Of a stretch of DNA of 62,536 nucleotides, positions 57,001 through 62,536 are shown one piece after another (position 1 is the first letter of the stretch; every line of letters starts with the position of its first letter). The stretch is from an uncultured Gammaproteobacteria bacterium. Its GTDB lineage: Bacteria > Patescibacteriota > Microgenomatia > UBA8517. The translations under genes and the position numbers were made by a program. The stretch is from assembly GCA_964357925.1 (NCBI GenBank), contig CAYHMW010000004.1:1-62536 (forward strand), given 5' to 3'. The notes beneath the pieces are model-generated. The model was not told the DNA's origin. It searched no databases and was given only the letters and a program-made list of their open reading frames with translations.

Positions 57001-58111
57001 CACCGGCGGCGCAGATTTAGCAGAGCTATTCGTTAGCTACATTCCTCTGGTCCCAGGCGAAATTGTGAAAGTCGATCCAGACAACGACAAACAAATTGTC
57101 CCAACTAACTCAAGCTATGACCACTCAGCTGTAGGGGTTGTATCAACAGCTCCCGGAATCACTCTAGGCACGGAGACCGAAGGGAAAACAAACTATGCCA
57201 TAGCCCTCGCAGGCCGCGTCCCCGCCAGGATCGCCGAAAACTCAGAACCAATCAGAAAAGGCGACTTTATTGCTACATCAAATGAAGTTGGACGTGCAAT
57301 GAAGGCAACTTCCCAGGGCAATGTAATCGGTACCGCTATGGAAGACTGGACCCCGGGATCCGGCCAAGACAAGATCGTCATGTTCATAAACAACAGTTAC
57401 GCCAATCCAAACCCAGCCCCCGCAGATTCGGGCAGTGTCATCCCGGACCCGGATCCGGGATCTGAAACATTGGTATCAGACGTTGAGTCCCTTGAAAGTC
57501 GTGTCACCCTCCTCGAAGACCAACTCGACATATTCTTGAGCACAACCCTCAACACACCAGTCGCCACTGATTCGGGAACAGCAACATCATCCGGAAATAT
57601 TGTCATCCCGCACGAAGATGCGGGATCTGGAAGCTTCGAGAAGCTGACCACGACTGACCTGTCTGTCTCAGGAGATGCAGTCCTTGGGGATGTCACAATC
57701 ACAGGTAATCTCAACATCGGTACGCTATCAGTTGACGGTTTTGGCAATTCTATTGATGCAATAGGAACATTGGCCATCCAACCACTGGCCCTAGGCAACA
57801 TCGAGTTCTTGGGAGGCCTCATAACCTTTGATACAGATGGCAACATAGTGGCCAAAACTATTGAGGTAGAAAAGATCTCAATCAAAGGCGATTCAGCCGG
57901 CATTGGTGCAATTCCAGAAGGTGAAAACGAAGCCTACATCGCCACAGATCAAGTCACAACAGACTCACTAATATTAGTAACACCAACAAGCGGCACCCGC
58001 TATCCATTGGTCGTAGCCACCAAAGAGCCAGGCCTCGGCTTCACCGTTCAAATCCCAGTGGCACCACTCTCAGACATTAATTTTGATTGGTTAATTGTGG
58101 ACAAACGATAG
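48014..58111 (+). CDS. giant (3365 aa) surface protein: N-terminal MerR/excisionase-like HTH, one TM, a long repetitive T/S/G/A/D/N-rich ectodomain and a C-terminal globular region
   Basis: Uninterrupted ORF. HTH LSIHEASEFLGVSTKTLRRWEAKKVLVPVRTAGGHRRY (aa 13-50). TM AISATILTSLVALVLAGFSILFTAV (aa about 127-151). Multiple long internal repeats. Confidence 0.85.
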   Translation: MTYLPNNTQNQPLSIHEASEFLGVSTKTLRRWEAKKVLVPVRTAGGHRRYSFKKLVEFKNKGAKSKSNTTYDSSTIFPPSFDALPTVSYFTKPLPETQTSIEPVLLPHLKPLEPSEVPGATDLLKNAISATILTSLVALVLAGFSILFTAVKINLPSIGDAQPRGDRSELFGANPNQENTVIPHEDAGSRIENDVLAASSILQDVNLNINVPTNIDNSFRVSGASTFDDDIALNGTNVTSTQDEVNLFIGTSPGTINIGGGASTTSIGGIANLGGNSLISPGDLLIDPGGGGVSIGTGTASTINLAGDDFFVSGDFEVDGSLVVGSDSITDLTGSGLQVSSGALQATLGTSITTGEIENDTILEVDLDITNDPTDNYILTYDSATAGFTWVASSAAVITIENNDTGVGTDVTTIDFSTDFTVAASPASETNVSIADDILSFTEFSDTLTAEDGTILDLSSINHSTTAIEGIKLPQSALSSGPSSGDGFLAFDTDDNQVKVWYSGAWSSIAGASTTLQQSYANDADGSDAIIALTADDDSIIVRNPSSSGTDSGYLMSLDQLNTGSVDALQVSNSGTGDSVQITNSSTGLIMNLAASGSGTTADGILISQTGSGTITDAIDLSDETITNALNIGANIIIGTTASIDFTNFDVATTGAITTGAAGQDGQLVIYNDLATDRSITINPSSSQGADITYTLPPDDGAADNYVLTTDGSGVLNWEAVTGAGAVDETGTNTSGQIAYFTDDNTLTSSSNWVFVDSQTTGNTLSVAATTLTTGNLLDGTATYVDATGGTDSAIDINLTNNPVTNANTLRGLDIGFTDAGSLANTIYGVYIDATTANSSDTTYAGVLLGGNVGINDATPDARLEILATTEQLRLTYTDGTVDARFTVDSSGNLNIDVTGTKTIITDDLQVTGNDILSSSATAALTLSGTDVTVAGDLTVSGGDIIGIATTNLLNTASTTINFASAATTLNMADAAITGTIDIGGVTSDGTSTINIATNGAANADVITIGNSNAGTTLALTGGDDWNISTTGILTLSASAAQTSAIVATDTDYTNFADIGDNDITGTTFDIIGTTGTINLTYFDVSATGAITTGGATQDGQFIIYNDLATDRTITINPSSSQSLDITYTLPPDDGGADNYVLTTDSTGVLNWEAITGAGGVGGSGTQNALAKFTVTGNTIGDSSITDDGTTVTLSTDVSLSLGAGEEVSLSNTGANSDQLSLSVSGVTTTGIDALSLSFTQADDIDATDDNAAARIALTSSSTQADLLYGIDLANITAGAATETALRIGSGFDNLFELEGSTNDGIELFVQLTDPTSTDKTITFPNDTGTVCLSSGNCAGGSGGSKWTDSGVITYFTAYTTDDVAIGDTTSASEFYFDILSTDSGQLSMNPSSVGTKIDINLETEWTSGTLINADFGSSTTQGADLDITGLVLNLNTNLTANADADVTGINVQTPVLTSTEAVTTNYSVYNNSASGALTQNTAAGTINWRGLNLTMPNITATTGTITSDGVRVANGTITTGGTQSLFHAITTGVGAGTLYGLNIDGITASGGTEQAIAIGAGWDTDINATTSLEIGIGGANELTLTATALAPSTDSGQDLGTSSLQFADLYLDGGNVNIDNATDIDIDDNVSGALSISQGTNDYINITTTDTTTTFLIDMPVAGSSSTTANLFTSNLTKTINIGTGTDGDTINLGDGTGTNAIDIGGVGNSGTDTINISTEATASDVITIGNSHASTTLALTGGDDWSISTAGLGIFSQVGIGTTAPDAALEINHATGDSLRLTYNDANGSAADYTDFSLSSTGALTLTGSAATLAASATAEKTFLTLTPGTITLTAPTAVTSLMETSVITGATIAANAATTVDKATTLSLVAPIDSTNATLTADSALRILNVTSGAGTLTTQYGLFVEDLTAGASDYGIYIAGADTYSLYTAAGSVSHLFEAAEGLVLDSEATDSTGTAGVIDLDLDATSSQQAINLDIETIADAGVDTLIGLDILATQTSTDDDVVYGMRVQNLGGTPDAGNEYGIYQAGISWDYGLYVEDAALFNTTAVINGTYLGLDYDADAGNVISVGTGPEQSTGSLFWGNDLLCDPALTNCGWATSASSPFTQSGADPNEIIDKSDLTARLRLQYGDAGDIQLEIDSTSNTIVPTADAVSIDLSSGATNTGIITADVDGLYLVMEAGNIVADGAISGVHINFDPITGGGAGDLFYGLNIDGITATGATEAAINIGSGWDTGIAISSAIAGEALDLTSVAGIRTTALIDLNENNTTGTVPTIQWDSAADTTRGGFMDINLAGALATENLIDLTTSAAWTSNLLDINLGAGISTGNVMDITFGTAAHTGNAIDLNMGTNVAGQAIDINLTGARTDDGINIDDDSTGNTPILDMNISGVRTGNAIDITYATAAATENAIDLNMGTNVAGDAINISAAATTGDSIDITPGAARTSGAALKITDGSLAAAVTDALIQLDITGTSDTNSLDFDISGGSAVSGNQLDITYSSAAHTGNAIDLNMGTNVAGNALAIATAGTTTGRAIEIISDGTIVDSLIDVDMNSGDWQGNILEVTTGGSASDGDVFNITLEALDVAVQNMVVTNAAATTAAGWLMDVDTSAAWTGIAMDIDIAGAVISTGNFLDVTYSSGAHTGNAFDLNMGTNVAGNAIDIATAATTGNAIDITTTGVFTNELIDINVGANAATGDVINIDMGSTATGAQAFVLTNTSASTVNQVDLTANSLVSGNLIDLNSTSTGLTTGSFISSSFTGNSTFTGDLNYFEWAPTTSTTASGDIFQINIGTSGTTTGKLFRVSDTGSDLFAISETTITSALPHEFTAAGDLSVAYDIAFTNQTASYIKSNGPVTIEAGESFESNNLTLKTYNSGDIVFDVPATGTAIVQGAFSVDSQQTLTANSTTPSVAAGSHFITANTSDPTLISNFTSGTTGQMIFVEAGDAVTDFDCTASSLNCGNADITAVTAGDTFNFIYDGTNWNMISWIDNGTSYATGGADLAELFVSYIPLVPGEIVKVDPDNDKQIVPTNSSYDHSAVGVVSTAPGITLGTETEGKTNYAIALAGRVPARIAENSEPIRKGDFIATSNEVGRAMKATSQGNVIGTAMEDWTPGSGQDKIVMFINNSYANPNPAPADSGSVIPDPDPGSETLVSDVESLESRVTLLEDQLDIFLSTTLNTPVATDSGTATSSGNIVIPHEDAGSGSFEKLTTTDLSVSGDAVLGDVTITGNLNIGTLSVDGFGNSIDAIGTLAIQPLALGNIEFLGGLITFDTDGNIVAKTIEVEKISIKGDSAGIGAIPEGENEAYIATDQVTTDSLILVTPTSGTRYPLVVATKEPGLGFTVQIPVAPLSDINFDWLIVDKR
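48554..48584 (+). repeat. 31-nt palindromic element, copy B (in frame, encodes VIPHEDAGS)
   Basis: GTCATCCCGCACGAAGATGCGGGATCCAGAA, with the hairpin at 48557-48578. Confidence 0.85.
57602..57632 (+). repeat. 31-nt palindromic element, copy C (in frame, encodes VIPHEDAGS)
   Basis: GTCATCCCGCACGAAGATGCGGGATCTGGAA, with the hairpin at 57605-57626. Confidence 0.85.
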
Positions 58112-58117
58112 TTTGTC

Positions 58118-58134
58118 AAATTTTCAATTTTCAA
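58118..58134. repeat. left arm of a 17-nt perfect inverted repeat flanking the four-helix-bundle gene
   Basis: AAATTTTCAATTTTCAA is the reverse complement of 58569-58585. Additional ATTTTCAA octamers lie nearby. Confidence 0.8.
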
Positions 58135-58158
58135 AACTCAATTTTCAATCAAATTAAA

Positions 58159-58530
58159 ATGAATAAAAACCAAAACAGTAAATACGATCTCGAAGAACGA
58201 ACTGCAAAATTAGCCGAAGATATCATTACCCTTGTCAAAAAAGTAAAGGCCAACCACATTAACAAAAGAATAATATCCCAACTTGTCGGAAGTGGAGGTT
58301 CCTTAGGAGCGAACTATTGTGAAGCAAATGAAGCTGAAAGCAAAAGAGATTTTATACACAAAATAGGCATCTGTAAAAAAGAGACAAAAGAAACTAAACA
58401 TTGGTTAAGATTATTGGCAACCTCAAACCCTGAAATTAAAGACAGCCTAAAGTTGATCTGGAAAGAAACCCATGAGTTACTATTAATCTTTAGCAAAATA
58501 AAAGAAAATGCTAAACAAACAAAACATTGA
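58159..58530 (+). CDS. four-helix-bundle protein (23S rRNA intervening-sequence protein family)
   Basis: YDLEERTAKLAEDIITLVKKV...QLVGSGGSLGANYCEANEAESKRDFIHKIGICKKETKETKHWLRLL matches the family pattern. Start set at the ATG at 58159. Confidence 0.8.
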   Translation: MNKNQNSKYDLEERTAKLAEDIITLVKKVKANHINKRIISQLVGSGGSLGANYCEANEAESKRDFIHKIGICKKETKETKHWLRLLATSNPEIKDSLKLIWKETHELLLIFSKIKENAKQTKH

Positions 58531-58535
58531 AAATT

Positions 58536-61500
58536 ATGAAATTTAAAAGTTCATTGAAAATTGGTGGCTTGAAAATTGAAAATTTACACATAAAAACTTA
58601 CGTTGCCCTTGGTCTCATCCTCATCCTCTCCCCAATCATCTTGTTTGGAATCTTTAAACCCAAAGGAGCAGAAGCTGAATGGTTTGATGATAGTTACTCA
58701 TACAGACAAAGGTTCAGCTTTACCCACAATGCAACAATATCGGCAGAACGCGCCATTACAGTTACCTTTGACAATGCAGAGATGATCACAGACACTGTAA
58801 TGCAGAGTGACTGTGATGATGTGCGCTTTACTGATATCAATGGCAAGGTACTTCTTCACGATTTAACAAGTACTTGTAATAACGCATCAGCAACGTATGA
58901 GGTAATCTTCAACTCAATTATAAATGGTACAAATGTAGGATTCATCTACTACGGAAACCCCAGCGCAGTGAATGCTGAAGTAGACTCAACAGTCTACACT
59001 GCCCTAACGCCCTCAGGCGGTGACCCAGCAGCCATTACAAACCGCACAAATGAAACCAAAGGCCCAGGCCCTATAGGTTGGTGGAAATTTGATGAAGGAG
59101 TAGACAATACCTGTAGTGGTGGAACAAATGATGTATGCGATAGTACACCAGGTGCCAACAATGGCGCCATGACAGGGGGCACAACCTGGAAAACCAATGA
59201 TTTCTGCATCTCCGGTAACTGCGTCCAATTCGACGGCATCAACGACGATATCGTCCTCACAGACAACGATCAACTGGACATGGGCACCGGATCATTTACC
59301 ATACAATACTGGATGAAGCACACCAGCACCTTTGGCGAATGGATACTCAGGAAAAACGAGACCGTAGGCGCTGATGGAGGATACGGATTTGACATCCGAA
59401 GCGACGGAGATATCCATTTTGGTATCACGGATCAAGCGGGATTTCCGAGAGACGCCGCGGAGTCCGCGTTTAACGACAACAGGTGGCACGACGACGCCTG
59501 GCACTTCGTCGTCGGAGTCAGAAACGGATCGACAAGCCTTCTCCTGTATGTTGATGGCGTGGAAGTCGCATCTGACCTAAGTATATCGACATCCACCACC
59601 ATTTCCAACGACGATCCGCTCTATTTCGGTCAAAACGGGTCAAACGGAAATTACTTTGTCGGCATGCTGGACGAAATCAAGATGTACAAGTATGCACGGT
59701 CAGCGGCCCAGATCAAAAACGACTATATCCGATACACAAGTTCCGAAGGACTATCGGCAGCGATAGGTACCAAGAGTCAATCGCCACTGGCGGACGGCCT
59801 CCAAGGATATTGGCCCATGAACGAGACAGGCACTACCGCACCGGTCGACTATTCCAATAATGGCAATGATCTGCTCAGGAGAAATACTCCCACTATGGCA
59901 GCAGCAAAGTACGCCAACGGAGCAGACCTTGAAAGCGCGAGTACGACATACTTCTCACGCTCTGATGACTCCACGTTCTCCATCACCGGCGATCTCTCCA
60001 TAGCCACCTGGATCAAGCCGGAGTCCAATACAGCGTCCACGCAGTACAACATCGTCGCCAAGATGGATGGCGCCAACGATAGCTATGCCTTGGTCCAATA
60101 CGGCGACGAGCTAAGAATGTACATTGATTCAGAATCCGACTACGCCACAACTGACTCGACAAACCTGGCAACAGGTACCTGGTACCATGTACTGGGCACG
60201 TATGATGCCAGCGCACAAGAAATAAAAATCTATGTCAACGGTATCTCACAAGCGGTAACCGTCACCGGTACGATACCCACATCCATAGGTGATGACACCG
60301 GAGTTTTTCATGTCGGCGCACAGGACCATACCACAACACCGATCAACTCCTATGACGGCTTCATCGATGACGTACGTTTCTACAGCCGGACTCTCTCTCA
60401 AGACGACGTAAACATGCTCTACAACTGGGCCCCAAGACCCATCGGCTATTGGCCACTAGATGAGAATACTGGTTCCACAACAACGGATCGTTCTGGAAAT
60501 TCCTACGCAACTTCCATGGACAGTTTCACAGGTGATGGGTCGGACTGGGTACCAGGCAAATACGGATCAGCTCTCAACTTCGATGGTACAAATGATGAAA
60601 TTACGATTACAGACGGTGCAAGCTTTTCCACAAACACATATTCAATATCTGCCTGGGTATACCGCACAAGTGACAGTGGCACAAATGAGGTAGTCTTTGA
60701 TAACCGGGATGCACTCGACGACGGCACGAGAATAATTGTGGATGGAGATCTCGACAGACTCAGATGTACATATAACGCAACCAATACATCAACGGCCACT
60801 AGCTCAATATCGACTGGAATTTGGTACCACGTTGCGTGCACATCTGACGGTACAACCCAAACAACATACTTAAATGGCATAAAAATCAATTCAGACGCAA
60901 TCACAGGGAGCATTGCTGAAACGACAAATGCCGTAATTGGTGGCCAAAGCTACTCCGCAGGGAATAACTTCCCGGGCAACATAGACGATGTAAGGATCTA
61001 CAACTACCCCCGCACCCCAGGACAAATAGTGGAAGACATGAACGCCGGCCACCCCCTCGGCGGCTCCCCCATTGGAACCCAAACTATTTACTGGAAATTT
61101 GATGAGCAGTATGGAACAGGGTCGGGCGCTGCTAAAGATTCGATAGGCAATGAAAACGGCGACATCGATGCCTCTGCCAGCTGGCTCACACAAAACTCAT
61201 GTAAATTCAATGGCTGCCTACTCTTTGACGCGGCAGGAGAAGAAGTCTTAATAACAGATGCCAACGATACCGATATCAATTTCAACGGCAGTGAACCATT
61301 TTCTGGATCAGCATGGGTATACGTAACGACAATGCCGGGAGCCTCAGACGAGGATGCCATAATTGCAAAATGGGATGAATCAGCCGGAGCCGAAAAAAGA
61401 GCTTACAGAATGTACATAACAGACGCAGATGGTGATTCAGCTGCAAATCTCGTGGCAGAAGTATACGACGAATCGGCAAACCAAGCACTCTCTGCCGCAA

Positions 61501-62536
61501 CCACAACCGAACCCATTGCAGTAAACACTTGGTACTATGCTGCCTTCACCTTTAATGGTGGTGTAGCCGGAGCAGCTGGAGACCTCAAAGTCTACCTAAA
61601 CGGCAACATCACAGCACAAAACAGTGCAAATGCCAGCTTTCTCGGAGTTGAAGATGTAGCCACAGACCTCACAGTGGGAGAATACGATCCCTCTGATGCA
61701 TTCTCAGGAAATACAGCATTCACAGGTAGAATTGACGAAGTAAAAATTTACTCATCAGATTTATCTCAAACCCAAATCCTCATTGATATGAATGCAGGCT
61801 CAGCAACTAATGTAAGCACTGGCTACGATGAGTCCTCCACCACCTATGGCGGCCCCGGCGGCAATTCTCCACTTCTACTCTGGAATCTGGATGAGAATAC
61901 AGGGACAACTGCAAATGATACATCAGGAAATGACTACTCAGGTACAATCACCAACTCTCCAATATTTGCGCCAGGAAAAATTGGTAGCGGCCTAACTCTA
62001 GCCGGAAGCAATCAACATGTAACGAGAGCAGATACAGCTAGTGAATTAGATTTTGCTGCTTCAGCTGCATTTACCCTAGAAAGCTGGTTCAAACACAATA
62101 CAGCAAGTGCGATAGAGTCCATTGTTGCAAAACTAGAAAGCGTAGGTACAGATGGTGGTTACAAACTTAAAATGGAGAGTGATGGCGACATTACCTGCGA
62201 AACAGATGACGATGATGCAGATACAACAATTGATGATACAGCCACAACAACTGCTGCAACATACGACGACAATATCTGGCACCATGTAGCCTGTGTATAC
62301 GACACAACCAATACCGACCTACTTATTTATATAGACGGAATACTGACCGCATCGGACACAACCACTACCACAAACTCCCTAGCCAATGATGACGCCTTTT
62401 TCTACGGCATCGATGTAGCCACAGGAACTGAAGACTGGATAGGTGATCTTGATCACCTCACGATCTACAACTATGCCAGGTCTCAAGCCCAAGTTAGCTA
62501 CGACTTCAACCGCGGCCGACCAAATCATTGGTATAA
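58536..62536 (+). CDS. large secreted DUF2341 plus multi-LamG (Laminin_G_3-type) repeat protein; 3' end beyond the window
   Basis: My own translation; it is absent from the ORF track because it has no stop in the window. It begins MKFKSSLKIGGLKIENLHIKTYVALGLILILSPIILFGIF...AEWFDDSYSYRQRFSF...DCDDVRFTDINGK. At least 5 modules begin W(K/P/N)(F/L/M)(D/N)E..G... and contain W.H...V.. / ...DE(I/V)(K/R)(I/M)Y. The frame was spot-checked at 59580, 60420, 61800 and 62520. Confidence 0.8.
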   Translation, partial: MKFKSSLKIGGLKIENLHIKTYVALGLILILSPIILFGIFKPKGAEAEWFDDSYSYRQRFSFTHNATISAERAITVTFDNAEMITDTVMQSDCDDVRFTDINGKVLLHDLTSTCNNASATYEVIFNSIINGTNVGFIYYGNPSAVNAEVDSTVYTALTPSGGDPAAITNRTNETKGPGPIGWWKFDEGVDNTCSGGTNDVCDSTPGANNGAMTGGTTWKTNDFCISGNCVQFDGINDDIVLTDNDQLDMGTGSFTIQYWMKHTSTFGEWILRKNETVGADGGYGFDIRSDGDIHFGITDQAGFPRDAAESAFNDNRWHDDAWHFVVGVRNGSTSLLLYVDGVEVASDLSISTSTTISNDDPLYFGQNGSNGNYFVGMLDEIKMYKYARSAAQIKNDYIRYTSSEGLSAAIGTKSQSPLADGLQGYWPMNETGTTAPVDYSNNGNDLLRRNTPTMAAAKYANGADLESASTTYFSRSDDSTFSITGDLSIATWIKPESNTASTQYNIVAKMDGANDSYALVQYGDELRMYIDSESDYATTDSTNLATGTWYHVLGTYDASAQEIKIYVNGISQAVTVTGTIPTSIGDDTGVFHVGAQDHTTTPINSYDGFIDDVRFYSRTLSQDDVNMLYNWAPRPIGYWPLDENTGSTTTDRSGNSYATSMDSFTGDGSDWVPGKYGSALNFDGTNDEITITDGASFSTNTYSISAWVYRTSDSGTNEVVFDNRDALDDGTRIIVDGDLDRLRCTYNATNTSTATSSISTGIWYHVACTSDGTTQTTYLNGIKINSDAITGSIAETTNAVIGGQSYSAGNNFPGNIDDVRIYNYPRTPGQIVEDMNAGHPLGGSPIGTQTIYWKFDEQYGTGSGAAKDSIGNENGDIDASASWLTQNSCKFNGCLLFDAAGEEVLITDANDTDINFNGSEPFSGSAWVYVTTMPGASDEDAIIAKWDESAGAEKRAYRMYITDADGDSAANLVAEVYDESANQALSAATTTEPIAVNTWYYAAFTFNGGVAGAAGDLKVYLNGNITAQNSANASFLGVEDVATDLTVGEYDPSDAFSGNTAFTGRIDEVKIYSSDLSQTQILIDMNAGSATNVSTGYDESSTTYGGPGGNSPLLLWNLDENTGTTANDTSGNDYSGTITNSPIFAPGKIGSGLTLAGSNQHVTRADTASELDFAASAAFTLESWFKHNTASAIESIVAKLESVGTDGGYKLKMESDGDITCETDDDDADTTIDDTATTTAATYDDNIWHHVACVYDTTNTDLLIYIDGILTASDTTTTTNSLANDDAFFYGIDVATGTEDWIGDLDHLTIYNYARSQAQVSYDFNRGRPNHWY
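58569..58585. repeat. right arm of the 17-nt inverted repeat
   Basis: TTGAAAATTGAAAATTT. Further TTGAAAAT octamers at about 58528 and about 58553. Confidence 0.8.

Noticed and set aside
48277-57903. Many antisense and off-frame ORFs in the track inside the giant gene, for example 48277..49011(-), 54646..55509(-), 55510..55923(-) and 57397..57903(-).
   Set aside because: They lie entirely within one uninterrupted 10-kb sense ORF of repetitive, compositionally biased sequence. Their translations are low-complexity (S/P/A/V/M-rich), as expected from the reverse complement of T/S/G/A/D/N-rich codons.

Overview
AT-rich, gene-dense bacterial window. The gene content suggests a reduced-genome, CPR/Patescibacteria-like organism; that placement is inference, not a database result. 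Evidence for it: small conserved core genes mixed with many orphan ORFs, very large surface proteins, a four-helix-bundle (23S-IVS-type) gene, and cohesin/dockerin-like proteins. The genetic code appears standard: atpD and other intact genes end in TGA, and conserved genes have no internal TGA. Recognisable core genes are: pyrD, rpmG, gmd, rpsU, rnhB, secE-nusG, rplK-rplA, rplJ-rplL, uppS, idi, tagA-like, mreB, rsmI, gpmI and atpFHAGDC. There are five tRNA genes: Tyr (partial), Thr, Trp, Arg and Pro. Accessory content: (1) a cohesin/dockerin/CapA surface cluster; (2) an Ntn-hydrolase-like + Ddl-like ATP-grasp + MFS cassette; (3) a RimK-type ATP-grasp / retropepsin-like protease / 7TM operon; (4) a GC-richer orphan island where rpoBC would normally follow rplL; (5) an MNT-HEPN pair with a nonsense codon in HEPN; (6) a 3365-aa protein with an N-terminal HTH and one TM helix, followed by a four-helix-bundle gene flanked by inverted repeats, then an open-ended DUF2341/LamG-repeat ORF that is absent from the ORF track. 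The signals I consider most unusual are small nucleotide-level elements. First, a GC-rich hairpin family with a CCCGCC/GGCGGG stem occurs inside the D-arm region of tRNA-Pro(CGG), beside tRNA-Arg and in frame inside rsmI, and a shorter variant sits in a decayed tRNA-Trp 5' fragment upstream of a GIY-YIG gene. Second, a 31-nt palindromic element occurs once intergenically and twice in frame in the giant gene, where it encodes VIPHEDAGS. All folds, motif matches and family assignments were made by eye and need computational confirmation.
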